A DNA stretch of 64,000 nt from Candidatus Wolfebacteria bacterium GW2011_GWE2_44_13 (GCA_001000675.1 LCHW01000003.1:3873-67872), one strand, 5' to 3'. Shown: positions 18,867 through 28,570, counted from the first letter of the stretch. Notes: generated from the letters alone by a model not told the origin. Translations and numbers: made by a program.

Positions 18867-20680
18867 TCCATATCAATATACCGCTCCTCGTCGTCAAAAC
18901 TTCTCCCTCCCCCTCCTTCGAACTGCATCAGCCCTGAGGGTATCTCGCTTAAAAAGCGAGACGGTAAGTTATAGAACGTTAGGTATAATTCTTTTCTAGC
19001 ACGCGTCATAGCAACATACATTAATCTCCTCTCTTCTTCGATTTCATTTTCGTTATTATACGACATCTGATGCGGTATCAACCCATCATTTACTCCCACC
19101 ACAAACACCGCGTCAAATTCCGAACCCTTTGCCATGTGAATGGTCATGAGATTTACCACGTTGTCTTTGAGATTTCGTAAATCCTTTTTCTTTACTGTAT
19201 CGGTCGATTCGAGTAACGAGATGCGCTCCAAGAAATCTTCCATTCTTTCGAATCGTGTAGCAAATTCTATCAACTCCTTGATGTTTTCAATACGTTCAAC
19301 GGAATTGGTTTGTGTGCGTTCGATATAATTAAAGTAATCGGTCGCCATCAATATATACCCAAGCAATTCTACTGGTCTCAGTACAGCAGCCTTTTGGGGA
19401 AGCTCTTCCTTTAACTGTGTGTACGGTTTTTTCAAGAAGCTTTTCTTCAACCGATCAAGACTTATCGTATCTTGCGGATTCGATCCGTATCGCAACGCAG
19501 CAACTAAATCTTTGATTTCTTTTCGCTCGTAGAACTTTAGTCCGCCAAAAATGCGATAGGACATCCCCCGCTCAATTAAGGCTTGTTCAATGGCGCGCGA
19601 TTGCGCATTTGTTCTATAGAGGATCGCTATTGAACCTTGTTCTGTTGAAAATAACCGCATCGCGTCGATATGCCCCGCAATCCATTCTGCCTCCCCATCG
19701 GCACTATATTGTTCAACAACACGCACTTTTCCACCCTCGGGATTATTTGTCCACAAGGTCTTTGATTTCTGCAAATGGTTATGGCTAATAACTGCCGAAG
19801 CTGCCTTGATGATATTTTGTGTCGAACGATAATTCTCTTCCAATAATACTACCTTTGCATCTGGCCAATCTTTCTCAAAGTTGAGAAAGTTTCGAAAATC
19901 AGATCCTCGAAACTTAAAAATAGATTGTTGATCATCCCCTACAACACTTAAATTTCTATACTTGCTCGCTAAGAGCTTAATGAGCATATACTGCGCGGTA
20001 TTTGTATCCTGATACTCATCTACCAAGATATACCGAAATCGCTCCTGATATTCGTTTAATATTTCCGGATTACCTAAAAATAGCATCCCTGGCTTTTGAA
20101 TAAGATCGTCGAAATCGAACGCATTATTGTTTTGCAATGCCAATTCGTATAGCTTGAACAATTTGTACACAACCTCGTCCTCTGCCTGTTCTGGATCGAT
20201 CATCTCATCCTTAATTTTCGAAAACTCCCTTCGCAATACGAGTGGGGTTAAACGCTTTGCATCGCGTTCGGACAATTCGGCGCCTGCGGCAACTTTTTTG
20301 ATTAATGACTTCGAATCGTCTGCATCAAAAATCGTGTAATTCGAATTGCGCCCAAAGATACGCGCTTCCTTTTTCAATATACGCGCCCCAAATGAATGGA
20401 ATGTTCCTAAAAACATACTCTTAAACGCTTCTTTGTCCTTATCGAGTATCTTTTCCGTTCTTTCTTTCATCTCTCCTGCTGCCTTATTTGTAAAGGTAAT
20501 TGCCACAATATTTTCTGGCTTTACGCCGCTGTGCAACAATGCCGCCAGCCTACTTGTTAGCGTCTTTGTCTTTCCCGATCCTGCTCCCGCAACAATAAGT
20601 AATGGTCCCTCGCCATGCTCTACTGCTGATCGCTGTTTATCATTCAATTCATCAAATTGCATCATATATAAATAATTCAC
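18863..20680 (-). CDS. UvrD/PcrA/Rep-family ATP-dependent DNA helicase
   Basis: Walker A AGAGSGKTKTL, and helicase motifs throughout. Confidence 0.85.
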   Translation of the reverse strand: MNYLYMMQFDELNDKQRSAVEHGEGPLLIVAGAGSGKTKTLTSRLAALLHSGVKPENIVAITFTNKAAGEMKERTEKILDKDKEAFKSMFLGTFHSFGARILKKEARIFGRNSNYTIFDADDSKSLIKKVAAGAELSERDAKRLTPLVLRREFSKIKDEMIDPEQAEDEVVYKLFKLYELALQNNNAFDFDDLIQKPGMLFLGNPEILNEYQERFRYILVDEYQDTNTAQYMLIKLLASKYRNLSVVGDDQQSIFKFRGSDFRNFLNFEKDWPDAKVVLLEENYRSTQNIIKAASAVISHNHLQKSKTLWTNNPEGGKVRVVEQYSADGEAEWIAGHIDAMRLFSTEQGSIAILYRTNAQSRAIEQALIERGMSYRIFGGLKFYERKEIKDLVAALRYGSNPQDTISLDRLKKSFLKKPYTQLKEELPQKAAVLRPVELLGYILMATDYFNYIERTQTNSVERIENIKELIEFATRFERMEDFLERISLLESTDTVKKKDLRNLKDNVVNLMTIHMAKGSEFDAVFVVGVNDGLIPHQMSYNNENEIEEERRLMYVAMTRARKELYLTFYNLPSRFLSEIPSGLMQFEGGGGRSFDDEERYIDMD

Positions 20681-20728
20681 GCTTCGTGCGTGAATTATAT
20701 CTTACTCGACTATCGACAGGTTGTCATC

Positions 20729-22261
20729 CTATGCCTCTCGTATCCTATATTGGAATGCTTCGCTTAGGTGGTCATTCGTCACCTTTTCAACCCCTGCTAA
20801 ATCGGCAATTGTGCGCGCTGTCTTGAGCATGCGGTAATAGCCACGAGCGGAAATGAATGACTTATCAAGCATTTGTTTTACAAACTTTCTCCCATCGTCG
20901 TCTAGTTGTACTACGGTATCTACTAACTTCGATGGCATTTCTGCGTTTACATAAATGCGGGGCGTTATATCTACAAACCGACGCGCCTGAATTAATCGAG
21001 CGCATAACACCTGCTCGCGAATTGCGTCGCTTTCATCCTCCTCCTTTTCTTTTGCCAATGCTTCTATTTTTACCCGAGGCACTTTTATTTGGATGTCGAT
21101 GCGATCAAGCAATGGGCCGGATAATTTTCTTTGATAACGCGTCACCTCATGTGCGCCACAATGACACATTTTTTCATCGTCTCCATAATATCCACACGGA
21201 CACGGGTTCATCGCTGCAACTAATGTAAACCGCGCAGGAAATGTTAGCACGCTCTTTGCGCGTGCTACACACACATCACCATTTTCCAATGGTTGGCGCA
21301 ACGACTCAAGTAAATCTCGTCGAAATTCGGGAAGTTCATCAAGAAATAGCACACCTCGATGCGCCAAACTAATTTCTCCTGGACGTGGATTTGCTCCACC
21401 CCCAATGACTGATGCGGGTGATGCACTATGATGCGGCGCACGAAAAGGTCGTGTCATCGCGAATACATCACTATTTGTTATTCCCGCTGCGCTATATACC
21501 TGCATAACTTCTACCGCTTCGTGCATCGTGAGCGGCGGCAAGATAGATACTAATGCCTGCGCAAGCATTGTTTTTCCTGCTCCAGGAGAACCACTCATCA
21601 GAAGATTGTGCCCACCTGCGGCGGCGATCATCAACGCACGCTTTGCATTTATTTGTCCTTTTATTTCTGAAATATCCGTACTGTATCCACCTTTATCCCA
21701 CACGAGCTCCGTTGTTGGATGCGCCGCGATAATGGCCTTGTTTTCCAAATGATGCATCAGCTCGGTGATATCCGCAACGGGAATAACTTCTATGTCGGAT
21801 ACAATCGCTGCTTCGCGTGCATTTTCACACGGAACAAACACGCTATTAAGGTGAAGCTCTTTTGCAAGCCGTGCAATCGCCAGCACGCCATTTACTGGAC
21901 GAACTTTCCCATCAAGTGATAACTCCCCTACAAACAGCTTATCCGCGACATCGAATTCTTGAATTTGCTTAGTTGCCAGTAAATACCCTACTGCAATAGC
22001 AAGGTCATATTGCGATCCTGTCTTTTTAATATCAGCGGGAGCAAGGTTGACCGTTATGCGTCTATTTTCTCTATTTGGGGGCTTGATGTTCGAATTCTTT
22101 AGTGCAGCATTAACACGTTCTTTTGCTTCGTTCAGTGCTTTATCGGCAAGACCCACTATTGTAAACGAATGAAGACCGACGTTTATGTCGGTCTCCACTT
22201 CGATCAATTTTGCTTCAATTCCTTCAAGTTCGGCTGAGTATACTTTTGAAAAATTTTGCAT
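20729..22261 (-). CDS. comM: Mg-chelatase-like AAA ATPase YifB/ComM
   Basis: N-terminal Lon-like domain, Walker A GSPGAGKT, zinc-ribbon-like C-x-C region, C-terminal ChlI-like domain. Confidence 0.85.
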   Translation of the reverse strand: MQNFSKVYSAELEGIEAKLIEVETDINVGLHSFTIVGLADKALNEAKERVNAALKNSNIKPPNRENRRITVNLAPADIKKTGSQYDLAIAVGYLLATKQIQEFDVADKLFVGELSLDGKVRPVNGVLAIARLAKELHLNSVFVPCENAREAAIVSDIEVIPVADITELMHHLENKAIIAAHPTTELVWDKGGYSTDISEIKGQINAKRALMIAAAGGHNLLMSGSPGAGKTMLAQALVSILPPLTMHEAVEVMQVYSAAGITNSDVFAMTRPFRAPHHSASPASVIGGGANPRPGEISLAHRGVLFLDELPEFRRDLLESLRQPLENGDVCVARAKSVLTFPARFTLVAAMNPCPCGYYGDDEKMCHCGAHEVTRYQRKLSGPLLDRIDIQIKVPRVKIEALAKEKEEDESDAIREQVLCARLIQARRFVDITPRIYVNAEMPSKLVDTVVQLDDDGRKFVKQMLDKSFISARGYYRMLKTARTIADLAGVEKVTNDHLSEAFQYRIREA

Positions 22262-22446
22262 TGTTTAGCGGTTTACTAATTCAGCGAACTCCTTTGTTGC
22301 GGGCCCCTGTTGTCTCGGTCGCCGTACAATTAGCACGGCTTCCTCGCCAACTTTCCCGCGCCTCGTATTTCATCTGAATAAGTAAACCTTTGTATTAGTA
22401 CCTCCTTTGTACTTTCCGTTTTGCTATACATTTACCACAATATTTT

Positions 22447-22797
22447 TTATGCAATATCGTTTTCACGCTCCAGCTTCTTACACGTCCTGCAAAGCTTTGA
22501 CGTGCTATTAACTCGTAGCATGTCTTCTCCAATGGCCTCGCCACATTCTCCGCATACTCCGTATGTTCCTTTTTCTATTCGCTCAATAGCAAATTCAACT
22601 TCTGCCAATCGTCCACGCAACTCTTGTGCAGCAGATGATTGATTTTCCCATGCCTCAGATTCATCTGTTTCTTCTTCAAGCGAATCAACGTCGCTTCCAA
22701 AATCTTCTCCCTTTTCAAGGGTATCGATCTTTACTTCAAGCATTGCTTTTTCATCCTCAAGTTCATCTTTAATTGTTGCGAGTTGTTCTTTGTTCAT
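22447..22797 (-). CDS. DksA/TraR-family C4 zinc-finger protein
   Basis: Coiled-coil N-terminus, C-terminal CGECGEAIG ... CRTCKK. Confidence 0.7.
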   Translation of the reverse strand: MNKEQLATIKDELEDEKAMLEVKIDTLEKGEDFGSDVDSLEEETDESEAWENQSSAAQELRGRLAEVEFAIERIEKGTYGVCGECGEAIGEDMLRVNSTSKLCRTCKKLERENDIA

Positions 22798-22804
22798 ATA
22801 TACG

Positions 22805-23212
22805 TTATCCGATTAATTTAAATAATTGTGGGAATAATACGAAATATCCCAATAATCCTATTCCGACTATTCCAATAATAATACCGATTGTTACGAGTGC
22901 TACCTTTAGCGTTCCCGATGAACCCTGTGCGGGTGCTTGCGGTGCGCTTACTGGCGCTGCGGGTGTTTCAAACATTGCTTTCTCAGGCCCAGAATATGCA
23001 GGAGCCACGCCGGCTGTCGTTTGTTGCATTTCATCTTCTCTCTGTGATACAAATGATTCTTTTGCGCCCCCTGTTGGAACCTCACCTCCGCCCTCTTTAA
23101 ATGCTTTCACATCCGACTCCATTGTACGAATATCTATTTCAAGCGCTGGCGGTTCGGGAATTTTTGATTCCTGCTTTCCTGGCTCTGTTGTTGGAATTGT
23201 TTGCATATCCAT
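22805..23212 (-). CDS. Hypothetical protein with C-terminal TM anchor
   Basis: 135 aa with a hydrophobic C-terminus. Confidence 0.4.
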   Translation of the reverse strand: MDMQTIPTTEPGKQESKIPEPPALEIDIRTMESDVKAFKEGGGEVPTGGAKESFVSQREDEMQQTTAGVAPAYSGPEKAMFETPAAPVSAPQAPAQGSSGTLKVALVTIGIIIGIVGIGLLGYFVLFPQLFKLIG

Positions 23213-23329
23213 ATGCTCTATTATACGGCAAAATGCTTAAAGACAAAAGAGTATGTGCTTCGTTCCATAAGCCCTCTATTCATATTGATTTTTTTACAGC
23301 GATGCGATAAGGTGTAAAGGCATTTTATT

Positions 23330-23401
23330 GCCCCCATCGTCTAGTGGTCAGGACAACAGGTTTTCATCCTGTAAAGCGGAGTCCGATTCTCCGTGGGGGC
23401 A
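23330..23401 (+). tRNA. tRNA-Glu (anticodon TTC)
   Basis: Cloverleaf with acceptor gccccca/tgggggc, anticodon loop ttttcat and T-loop tccgatt. Confidence 0.85.
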
Positions 23402-23410
23402 CATATATAA

Positions 23411-23436
23411 AAAGCCGCTTAATGCGGTTTTTTATA
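23411..23436 (+). terminator. Rho-independent terminator
   Basis: aagccgc ttaat gcggttt followed by a T-run. Confidence 0.6.
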
Positions 23437-23489
23437 TACCTACCCGGCATCTTCCATTTTCCCCAATTTTACCCCTATAATAGACACAT

Positions 23490-24983
23490 ATGAAACGATT
23501 TTTTGAGATTCTTCCTGCCATCCTGTCATGGTCTACTTTGATTGCAATCGCCTTCTTATCTTGGCTTACCCCCGTTGGTATGGCAATTTTTATCATCTTT
23601 TTTGATGTCTATTGGTTCTTAAAGACCCTGTACCTCTCAATCCATCTTCGCATCAGCTATAACAAAATGCAGGAAAATATGCAGATCAATTGGCTCGAAA
23701 AGCTAAAGAGTAATTCTACAACTGCCCAATGGCCAGAAATCTATCACTTAATTGTATTTCCTTTTTATAACGAGCCCTACGAGGTTATTAAAGAATCCTT
23801 TGATGCGTTAATTGGCATTAACTATCCGCTTGATAAATTCATCATCGCTATCGGCACAGAGGAAAGGGCTGGAGAAGAATCCATAGAGACACTCGATCGC
23901 ATCGCTGCAGAATATTCTGATAAGTTTTTCAAACTTATTGCAACAGTACACCCGAGTAATTTACCGGGAGAAACCCCTGGAAAAGGTTCAAACGAAGCGT
24001 GGATTGCTCAACAAGCAAAGAACGAGATTATCGATCCACTGCACATTCCGTATGAACGTATCGTCGTTTCTTCGTTCGATATAGATACACAAATATTTCC
24101 TGAATATTTCGGCATTTTAACCTATACATTTCTTACAACCGAAGATAACCTTCACGCAAGCTATCTTCCGATCCCATTTTTCTTAAACAACATCTTTCAA
24201 GCCCCTGCGATTGCACGTGTTATTTCTTTTTCTGCATCCATCTATCATATGATGCAACAGGCACGCCCGCATCGACTCACAACATTTTCCTCGCACTCGA
24301 TGCCTTTTAAAGCCCTCGCTGATGTAGGATTTTGGAAAAAAGACATTGTCAGTGAGGATTCCCAAATCTTTTGGCAATGTTACCTGCATTACAATGGCAA
24401 CTACCGCGTTGTACCGCTTAACTACCCGATATCAATGGATTCTAATGTAGCACCTACATTTTGGAAGACACTGCTCAACCAATATAAACAACAGCGTCGT
24501 TGGGCATGGGGAGGAGTTGAGAATATTCCCTACCTCATGACTGGATTCATTAAAAATAAAAAAATTCCTTTCAAGAAACGATTTTCTTGGGCGTTCTTCT
24601 ATATTGAAGGGTTTCATTCTTGGGCAACAAATGCGCTCATTATCTTTACCCTTTCTTGGTTGCCAATCATGCTTGGAGGTCCTGAGTTTCGTTTTTCTCT
24701 TATTTCCTATTCTCTCCCTAAGGTTACAAATATGATTATGAACCTTGCGGCTATTGGTATTGTTACCTCTGCGTTTCTTGGTATCGTCCTTTTACCGCCT
24801 AAGCCAGTTTGGTTCAAAAAATATCACTATGTTTGGTATGTATTGCAATGGGTATTCCTTCCATTAACCATGATTATCTTTGGATCAATTCCTGCATTGG
24901 ATGCACAAACACGAGGTCTCTTTGGCGGAACGTTTCGTCTTGGTTTCTGGGTTACTCCAAAACACCGAGACACGACGAAATAA
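23490..24983 (+). CDS. Processive family-2 glycosyltransferase (cellulose/chitin/hyaluronan-synthase-like) integral membrane protein
   Basis: N-terminal TMs, GT2 domain and C-terminal TMs. It has the QQRRWAWG (QxxRW) motif that is diagnostic of processive GT2 synthases. Confidence 0.7.
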   Translation: MKRFFEILPAILSWSTLIAIAFLSWLTPVGMAIFIIFFDVYWFLKTLYLSIHLRISYNKMQENMQINWLEKLKSNSTTAQWPEIYHLIVFPFYNEPYEVIKESFDALIGINYPLDKFIIAIGTEERAGEESIETLDRIAAEYSDKFFKLIATVHPSNLPGETPGKGSNEAWIAQQAKNEIIDPLHIPYERIVVSSFDIDTQIFPEYFGILTYTFLTTEDNLHASYLPIPFFLNNIFQAPAIARVISFSASIYHMMQQARPHRLTTFSSHSMPFKALADVGFWKKDIVSEDSQIFWQCYLHYNGNYRVVPLNYPISMDSNVAPTFWKTLLNQYKQQRRWAWGGVENIPYLMTGFIKNKKIPFKKRFSWAFFYIEGFHSWATNALIIFTLSWLPIMLGGPEFRFSLISYSLPKVTNMIMNLAAIGIVTSAFLGIVLLPPKPVWFKKYHYVWYVLQWVFLPLTMIIFGSIPALDAQTRGLFGGTFRLGFWVTPKHRDTTK

Positions 24984-25017
24984 AAAATCCCACAAGGGAT
25001 TTTTTATTTCGTCGTGC
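24971..25017. terminator. Perfect 21-bp inverted repeat (bidirectional terminator between the convergent GT2 and recG genes)
   Basis: cacgacgaaataaaaaatccc acaa gggattttttatttcgtcgtg. It overlaps the last codons of the GT2 gene. Confidence 0.6.
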
Positions 25018-25047
25018 AATTTCAAATTTATAATTTTTAATTTCAAA

Positions 25048-27228
25048 TTACTCCAAATGCACCTTATCATGAAATCGCGCTACGATTCCTTTTAGCTGTG
25101 CGTGCTGTTTCAACTCTGGATCTATTTTCAATACCCCTTCTGCGGCCCCACGAGCGCTTTTGACGAGCTTTATATCGTGCAATGAACGCATAGCCAAATC
25201 GGGCAATCCTGTTTGTGATTGACCCATAAATTCCCCAGGACCACGCAACGCAAGGTCTTTCTCGGCGAGTTCAAAACCGTTCCTCGCATGCACCAATGCT
25301 TCGAGTCTGTCTTTTGTCGGTTGTGACGATGAATCGGTAAATAATAAACAAAATGATTGATGCTCGCCTCTCCCTACACGCCCCTTGAATTGATAGAGTT
25401 GCGCCAACCCAAATCGTTCTGCGCCTTCGATCATCATAATCGTTGCGTTCGGAATATCTACGCCCACTTCAATTACTGAAGTCGCCACTAACACATCGAT
25501 TGTGCCTTTTTTCATCCGCTGCATCACCTCAGCTTTTTCTGCTGGTTTTAGTTTCCCATGCAACATCTCCACACGCATGTCAGGAAAAATCTTCTTGGAC
25601 AATTTATCGTATTCTTCCTTAACTGTTTTCGTTTCCGCGGCAAACCAATTTTTCCCCTTCCCGTCTTCATCTTCATTTTTTTCTATACGCGGACAGATAA
25701 CAAATATCTGCCGTCCTTTCTTTACCTGCCCACGAATAAACGCATACGCGTCGGTACGGCTCGCAGGGGGCACAATCTTTGTCATAATCGCCTTTCGCCC
25801 TTTCGGTAATTCTTCGATAATTGAAACGTCGAGATCGCCAAACAACGTGAGTGATAATGTACGCGGAATCGGCGTTGCGGACATGGATAAGAAGTGTGGC
25901 AAGTATTCCCCATTTCCCTTTTTATGCCCTGCGAGTGCCTGACGCTGCTTCACACCAAAACGATGTTGCTCATCGATTACTACAAGACCTAGCTCATCAA
26001 ACGTAACCCCTTTCTGTATTAATGCGTGTGTACCAATAGCGATTTTTATTTCGCCGGTTGCGAGCTTTTTAATTACATCCGCTTTTTTCATCTCACTCTC
26101 CAACCCTTCTCCAAAAAATACCCTTGCGCCCGATGCGGTTAATAGTGCAACTCCTTTTTCAAAATTCCCGAATATTTTTTTAAACGTATGGTAGTGCTGT
26201 GTTGCAAGAATTTCTGTCGGTGCCATAAAAGAAGCTTGTTTTCCCGCTTCAGCAATAATAATTGCCGAGAGTACTGCGACGATTGTTTTTCCTGAGCCTA
26301 CATCCCCTTGTAGTAGACGATTCATGGGGTGCGGGCGTGCTATATCATTCATAATCTCACGCATCACCTGTGCCTGTGCCTCTGTTAATTCAAATGGCAA
26401 CTGTTTAAGTAGCTCGCTGAATTTTTCTTCTTCCATTTCGCATGCATATGCATTCTCTTTCGCAAGTCGCAGCCGTTCGAGCATGTTTACTAATTGGAGG
26501 TAAAAAATATCTTCGAATGCTATTCTTCGCCGTGCGCGGGTTACGTCTTCCATTGTCTCCGGAAAATGAATCCCTCGAAGTGCATCGTTAATGTCCATAA
26601 CAGCAGCACGTTCAAGCATACTCGCTGGCAAGGTTTCAGGGACTCGATCAATGGCATCGAGTAATGGTTTTATCAAAAACCGCAGCCCTTTTGAAGTGAC
26701 TCCTTTTGTTTCCGGATACATCGGTACAAGCCTCCCTGTATGCTTACATGCCTCTATTTCTTCGCGATAATCCGCTGCGTTTTCTATAAATTGCTCATCG
26801 TCTTCTGAAAACCCTACGATTTCATATGATGGGTGTGAAAACCCTATTCCCGCTTTTCCATCGCTCACTTTTCCGGCAAGATTAATTACCATCCCTTTTT
26901 TAAGCATAGCCACAAGAAACTTTTGATTGAACCACGTAGCGCGCACGCTCCCTGTCGCGTCTGCAACAGTAGCTTGAATGATAAACATCTTTTTCCTAAA
27001 TGATCGGAGTATTTTTATCTCTTGGATTACCCCTTGGATTGTTGCTGGTTCTCCAGGTATTAAATCAACAATATTTGCGATGTTCGAAAAGTCCTCATAC
27101 CGAGATGGAAAATGCCACAGTAAATCTTTTACTGTTTTTAAACCCAATTTTTGCAATCGGACAGCAAATGCAGGGCCAATGCCTTTCACATATCGTAATT
27201 CGGTTTCCAGTTGTGTTCCCTGCGTCAT
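25048..27228 (-). CDS. recG: ATP-dependent DNA helicase RecG
   Basis: N-terminal wedge domain, DEAD-box helicase motifs (GDVGSGKT, DEQH). Confidence 0.9.
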   Translation of the reverse strand: MTQGTQLETELRYVKGIGPAFAVRLQKLGLKTVKDLLWHFPSRYEDFSNIANIVDLIPGEPATIQGVIQEIKILRSFRKKMFIIQATVADATGSVRATWFNQKFLVAMLKKGMVINLAGKVSDGKAGIGFSHPSYEIVGFSEDDEQFIENAADYREEIEACKHTGRLVPMYPETKGVTSKGLRFLIKPLLDAIDRVPETLPASMLERAAVMDINDALRGIHFPETMEDVTRARRRIAFEDIFYLQLVNMLERLRLAKENAYACEMEEEKFSELLKQLPFELTEAQAQVMREIMNDIARPHPMNRLLQGDVGSGKTIVAVLSAIIIAEAGKQASFMAPTEILATQHYHTFKKIFGNFEKGVALLTASGARVFFGEGLESEMKKADVIKKLATGEIKIAIGTHALIQKGVTFDELGLVVIDEQHRFGVKQRQALAGHKKGNGEYLPHFLSMSATPIPRTLSLTLFGDLDVSIIEELPKGRKAIMTKIVPPASRTDAYAFIRGQVKKGRQIFVICPRIEKNEDEDGKGKNWFAAETKTVKEEYDKLSKKIFPDMRVEMLHGKLKPAEKAEVMQRMKKGTIDVLVATSVIEVGVDIPNATIMMIEGAERFGLAQLYQFKGRVGRGEHQSFCLLFTDSSSQPTKDRLEALVHARNGFELAEKDLALRGPGEFMGQSQTGLPDLAMRSLHDIKLVKSARGAAEGVLKIDPELKQHAQLKGIVARFHDKVHLE

Positions 27229-27316
27229 ATTTTCTTATTGTACGAGATATCTCCTTGAAGCGCTATTGCTACCTCTATAACAACATACTCACGGCGTTAG
27301 CCGTGAGTATTTTGTA

Positions 27317-27483
27317 CTTTTTGTGCCCCTGTGTGGCACCCTCTTCGCACGATAGCATAACATGCTATCGTGCTCGGGGGCAGGCCCAATCTCACTGTGT
27401 CTGCGACGTTCGATTCCACGCAGGGGCAAAGAAAAAAGAGTGGCTTTGAAGCCACTCCTTTTTCTTTTTGTGCCCCTGTGTGG
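27317..27483. repeat. 20-bp direct repeat of a tRNA 3' end (ctttttgtgcccctgtgtgg at 27317-27336 and 27464-27483) flanking a 127-bp segment
   Basis: Exact duplicate of the 3' acceptor/T-stem region of the adjacent tRNA. The intervening segment holds a perfect 12-bp hairpin (gcacgatagcat aac atgctatcgtgc) and an inverted copy of the tRNA T-arm/acceptor. Confidence 0.7.
27421..27478. terminator. Long palindromic terminator module mirrored onto the tRNA acceptor
   Basis: caggggcaaagaaaaaagagtggc tttgaa gccactcctttttctttttgtgcccctg. Confidence 0.55.
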
Positions 27484-27542
27484 AATCGAACCACAATTTT
27501 AACTTCCGCAAAGTCATGTCCTATCCATTGAACGACAAGGGC
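27471..27542 (-). tRNA. tRNA with apparent anticodon GCG (nominally Arg); identity uncertain
   Basis: Good cloverleaf. Acceptor gcccttg/caggggc, D-loop aatggata, anticodon loop ttgcgga, T-loop ttcgatt. Confidence 0.7.
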
Positions 27543-27639
27543 TTTTATTGCAACTTTCCTACTATACCCATAGGGCTCATTTTTTGCAACCCTCTAGTGC
27601 CTCCCTATTACCAGCAGGCACTAGCGTGCAAATCTCCTA

Positions 27640-28281
27640 TCAAAAACCGAGTGATCGTTCGAGCGTTTCGAGTAGTGAAACTTCTATTTCTCCATGCTTT
27701 ATTTTTCCATCCAATACCTCCCGTATTTCTTCTTCGTATTCTACGGGGATAAATATTTTTACGTAATGGTGTACCTTCGATTTTGTTTGTAGCACCAATT
27801 CAGCATATTCATCTGAAAATTCGTGCACATCGTACAGCGTAATATCTTTGTACTTATATGTTTTATGTCCTTCAATAGTGACACCCACTTCGTCAATCGT
27901 AAACTCCCACATTTTAGGCTTCTCACCCGCAAACATAAACACGGCCAATTCAGCAATCATGACAAAGACTGCGAACAAAAAGTTTTTTTGCCACAACGCG
28001 ATCGCAATCAACACAATGGCAATAGCCATACTTACCCAATACCATGTTGTGCTTTTTTCAACGTATTCTATTTCCGGAGCTTCCCACATAATCACGCCTT
28101 CTTCTTCGTATATTTCTTCTTGCACATCTTCGACGATTTCTGGTTCATTATGCGTATCTCCAGTAGTCACATCTTCTGCGACTTCCTCATGATATTCTTC
28201 CGCAGCAATTTCTTCATCGGATTTTTTGAAAAGCATTGAGTTTTCGTTTTCCATGAGTTTATTATACCGCAAAGAACGCAA
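27640..28281 (-). CDS. Hypothetical membrane protein with acidic N-terminus
   Basis: 213 aa with a central TM pair. Confidence 0.4.
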   Translation of the reverse strand: MRSLRYNKLMENENSMLFKKSDEEIAAEEYHEEVAEDVTTGDTHNEPEIVEDVQEEIYEEEGVIMWEAPEIEYVEKSTTWYWVSMAIAIVLIAIALWQKNFLFAVFVMIAELAVFMFAGEKPKMWEFTIDEVGVTIEGHKTYKYKDITLYDVHEFSDEYAELVLQTKSKVHHYVKIFIPVEYEEEIREVLDGKIKHGEIEVSLLETLERSLGF

Positions 28282-28358
28282 AAAAACATCAATACCAATT
28301 CTCCCTATCCTTTTTTATAAAAATAATACACCCCGCAAGAGTGTATTATTTTTATTTG

Positions 28359-28443
28359 AGGAGGCGAGAGGATTCGAACCTCCGATGCCTTGCGGCATAC
28401 TTGTTTTCAAGACAAGCCGTTTCAACCACTCACGCACGCCTCC
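28359..28443 (-). tRNA. tRNA-Ser (anticodon TGA)
   Basis: Acceptor ggaggcg/cgcctcc, anticodon loop cttgaaa, long variable arm. Confidence 0.85.
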
Positions 28444-28470
28444 CTCTTTTATATATATTGCTTTTTAAGT

Positions 28471-28532
28471 TGGCTTAAGACAAGCCGTTTTAACCCCTGC
28501 CTGCCGGCAGGCAGGACTCACGCACGCCTCCC
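28471..28532 (-). pseudogene. Truncated duplicate of the tRNA-Ser 5' half with a palindromic insertion
   Basis: gacaagccgtttTaacccctgcctgccggcaggcaggactcacgcacgcctccc repeats the 5' half of the neighbouring tRNA-Ser. It carries the 20-bp palindrome cctgcctgccggcaggcagg and has no T-arm. Confidence 0.55.
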
Positions 28533-28570
28533 AATTATTGTTTTCCACTGAACTGCATAACTCAGCAGAG

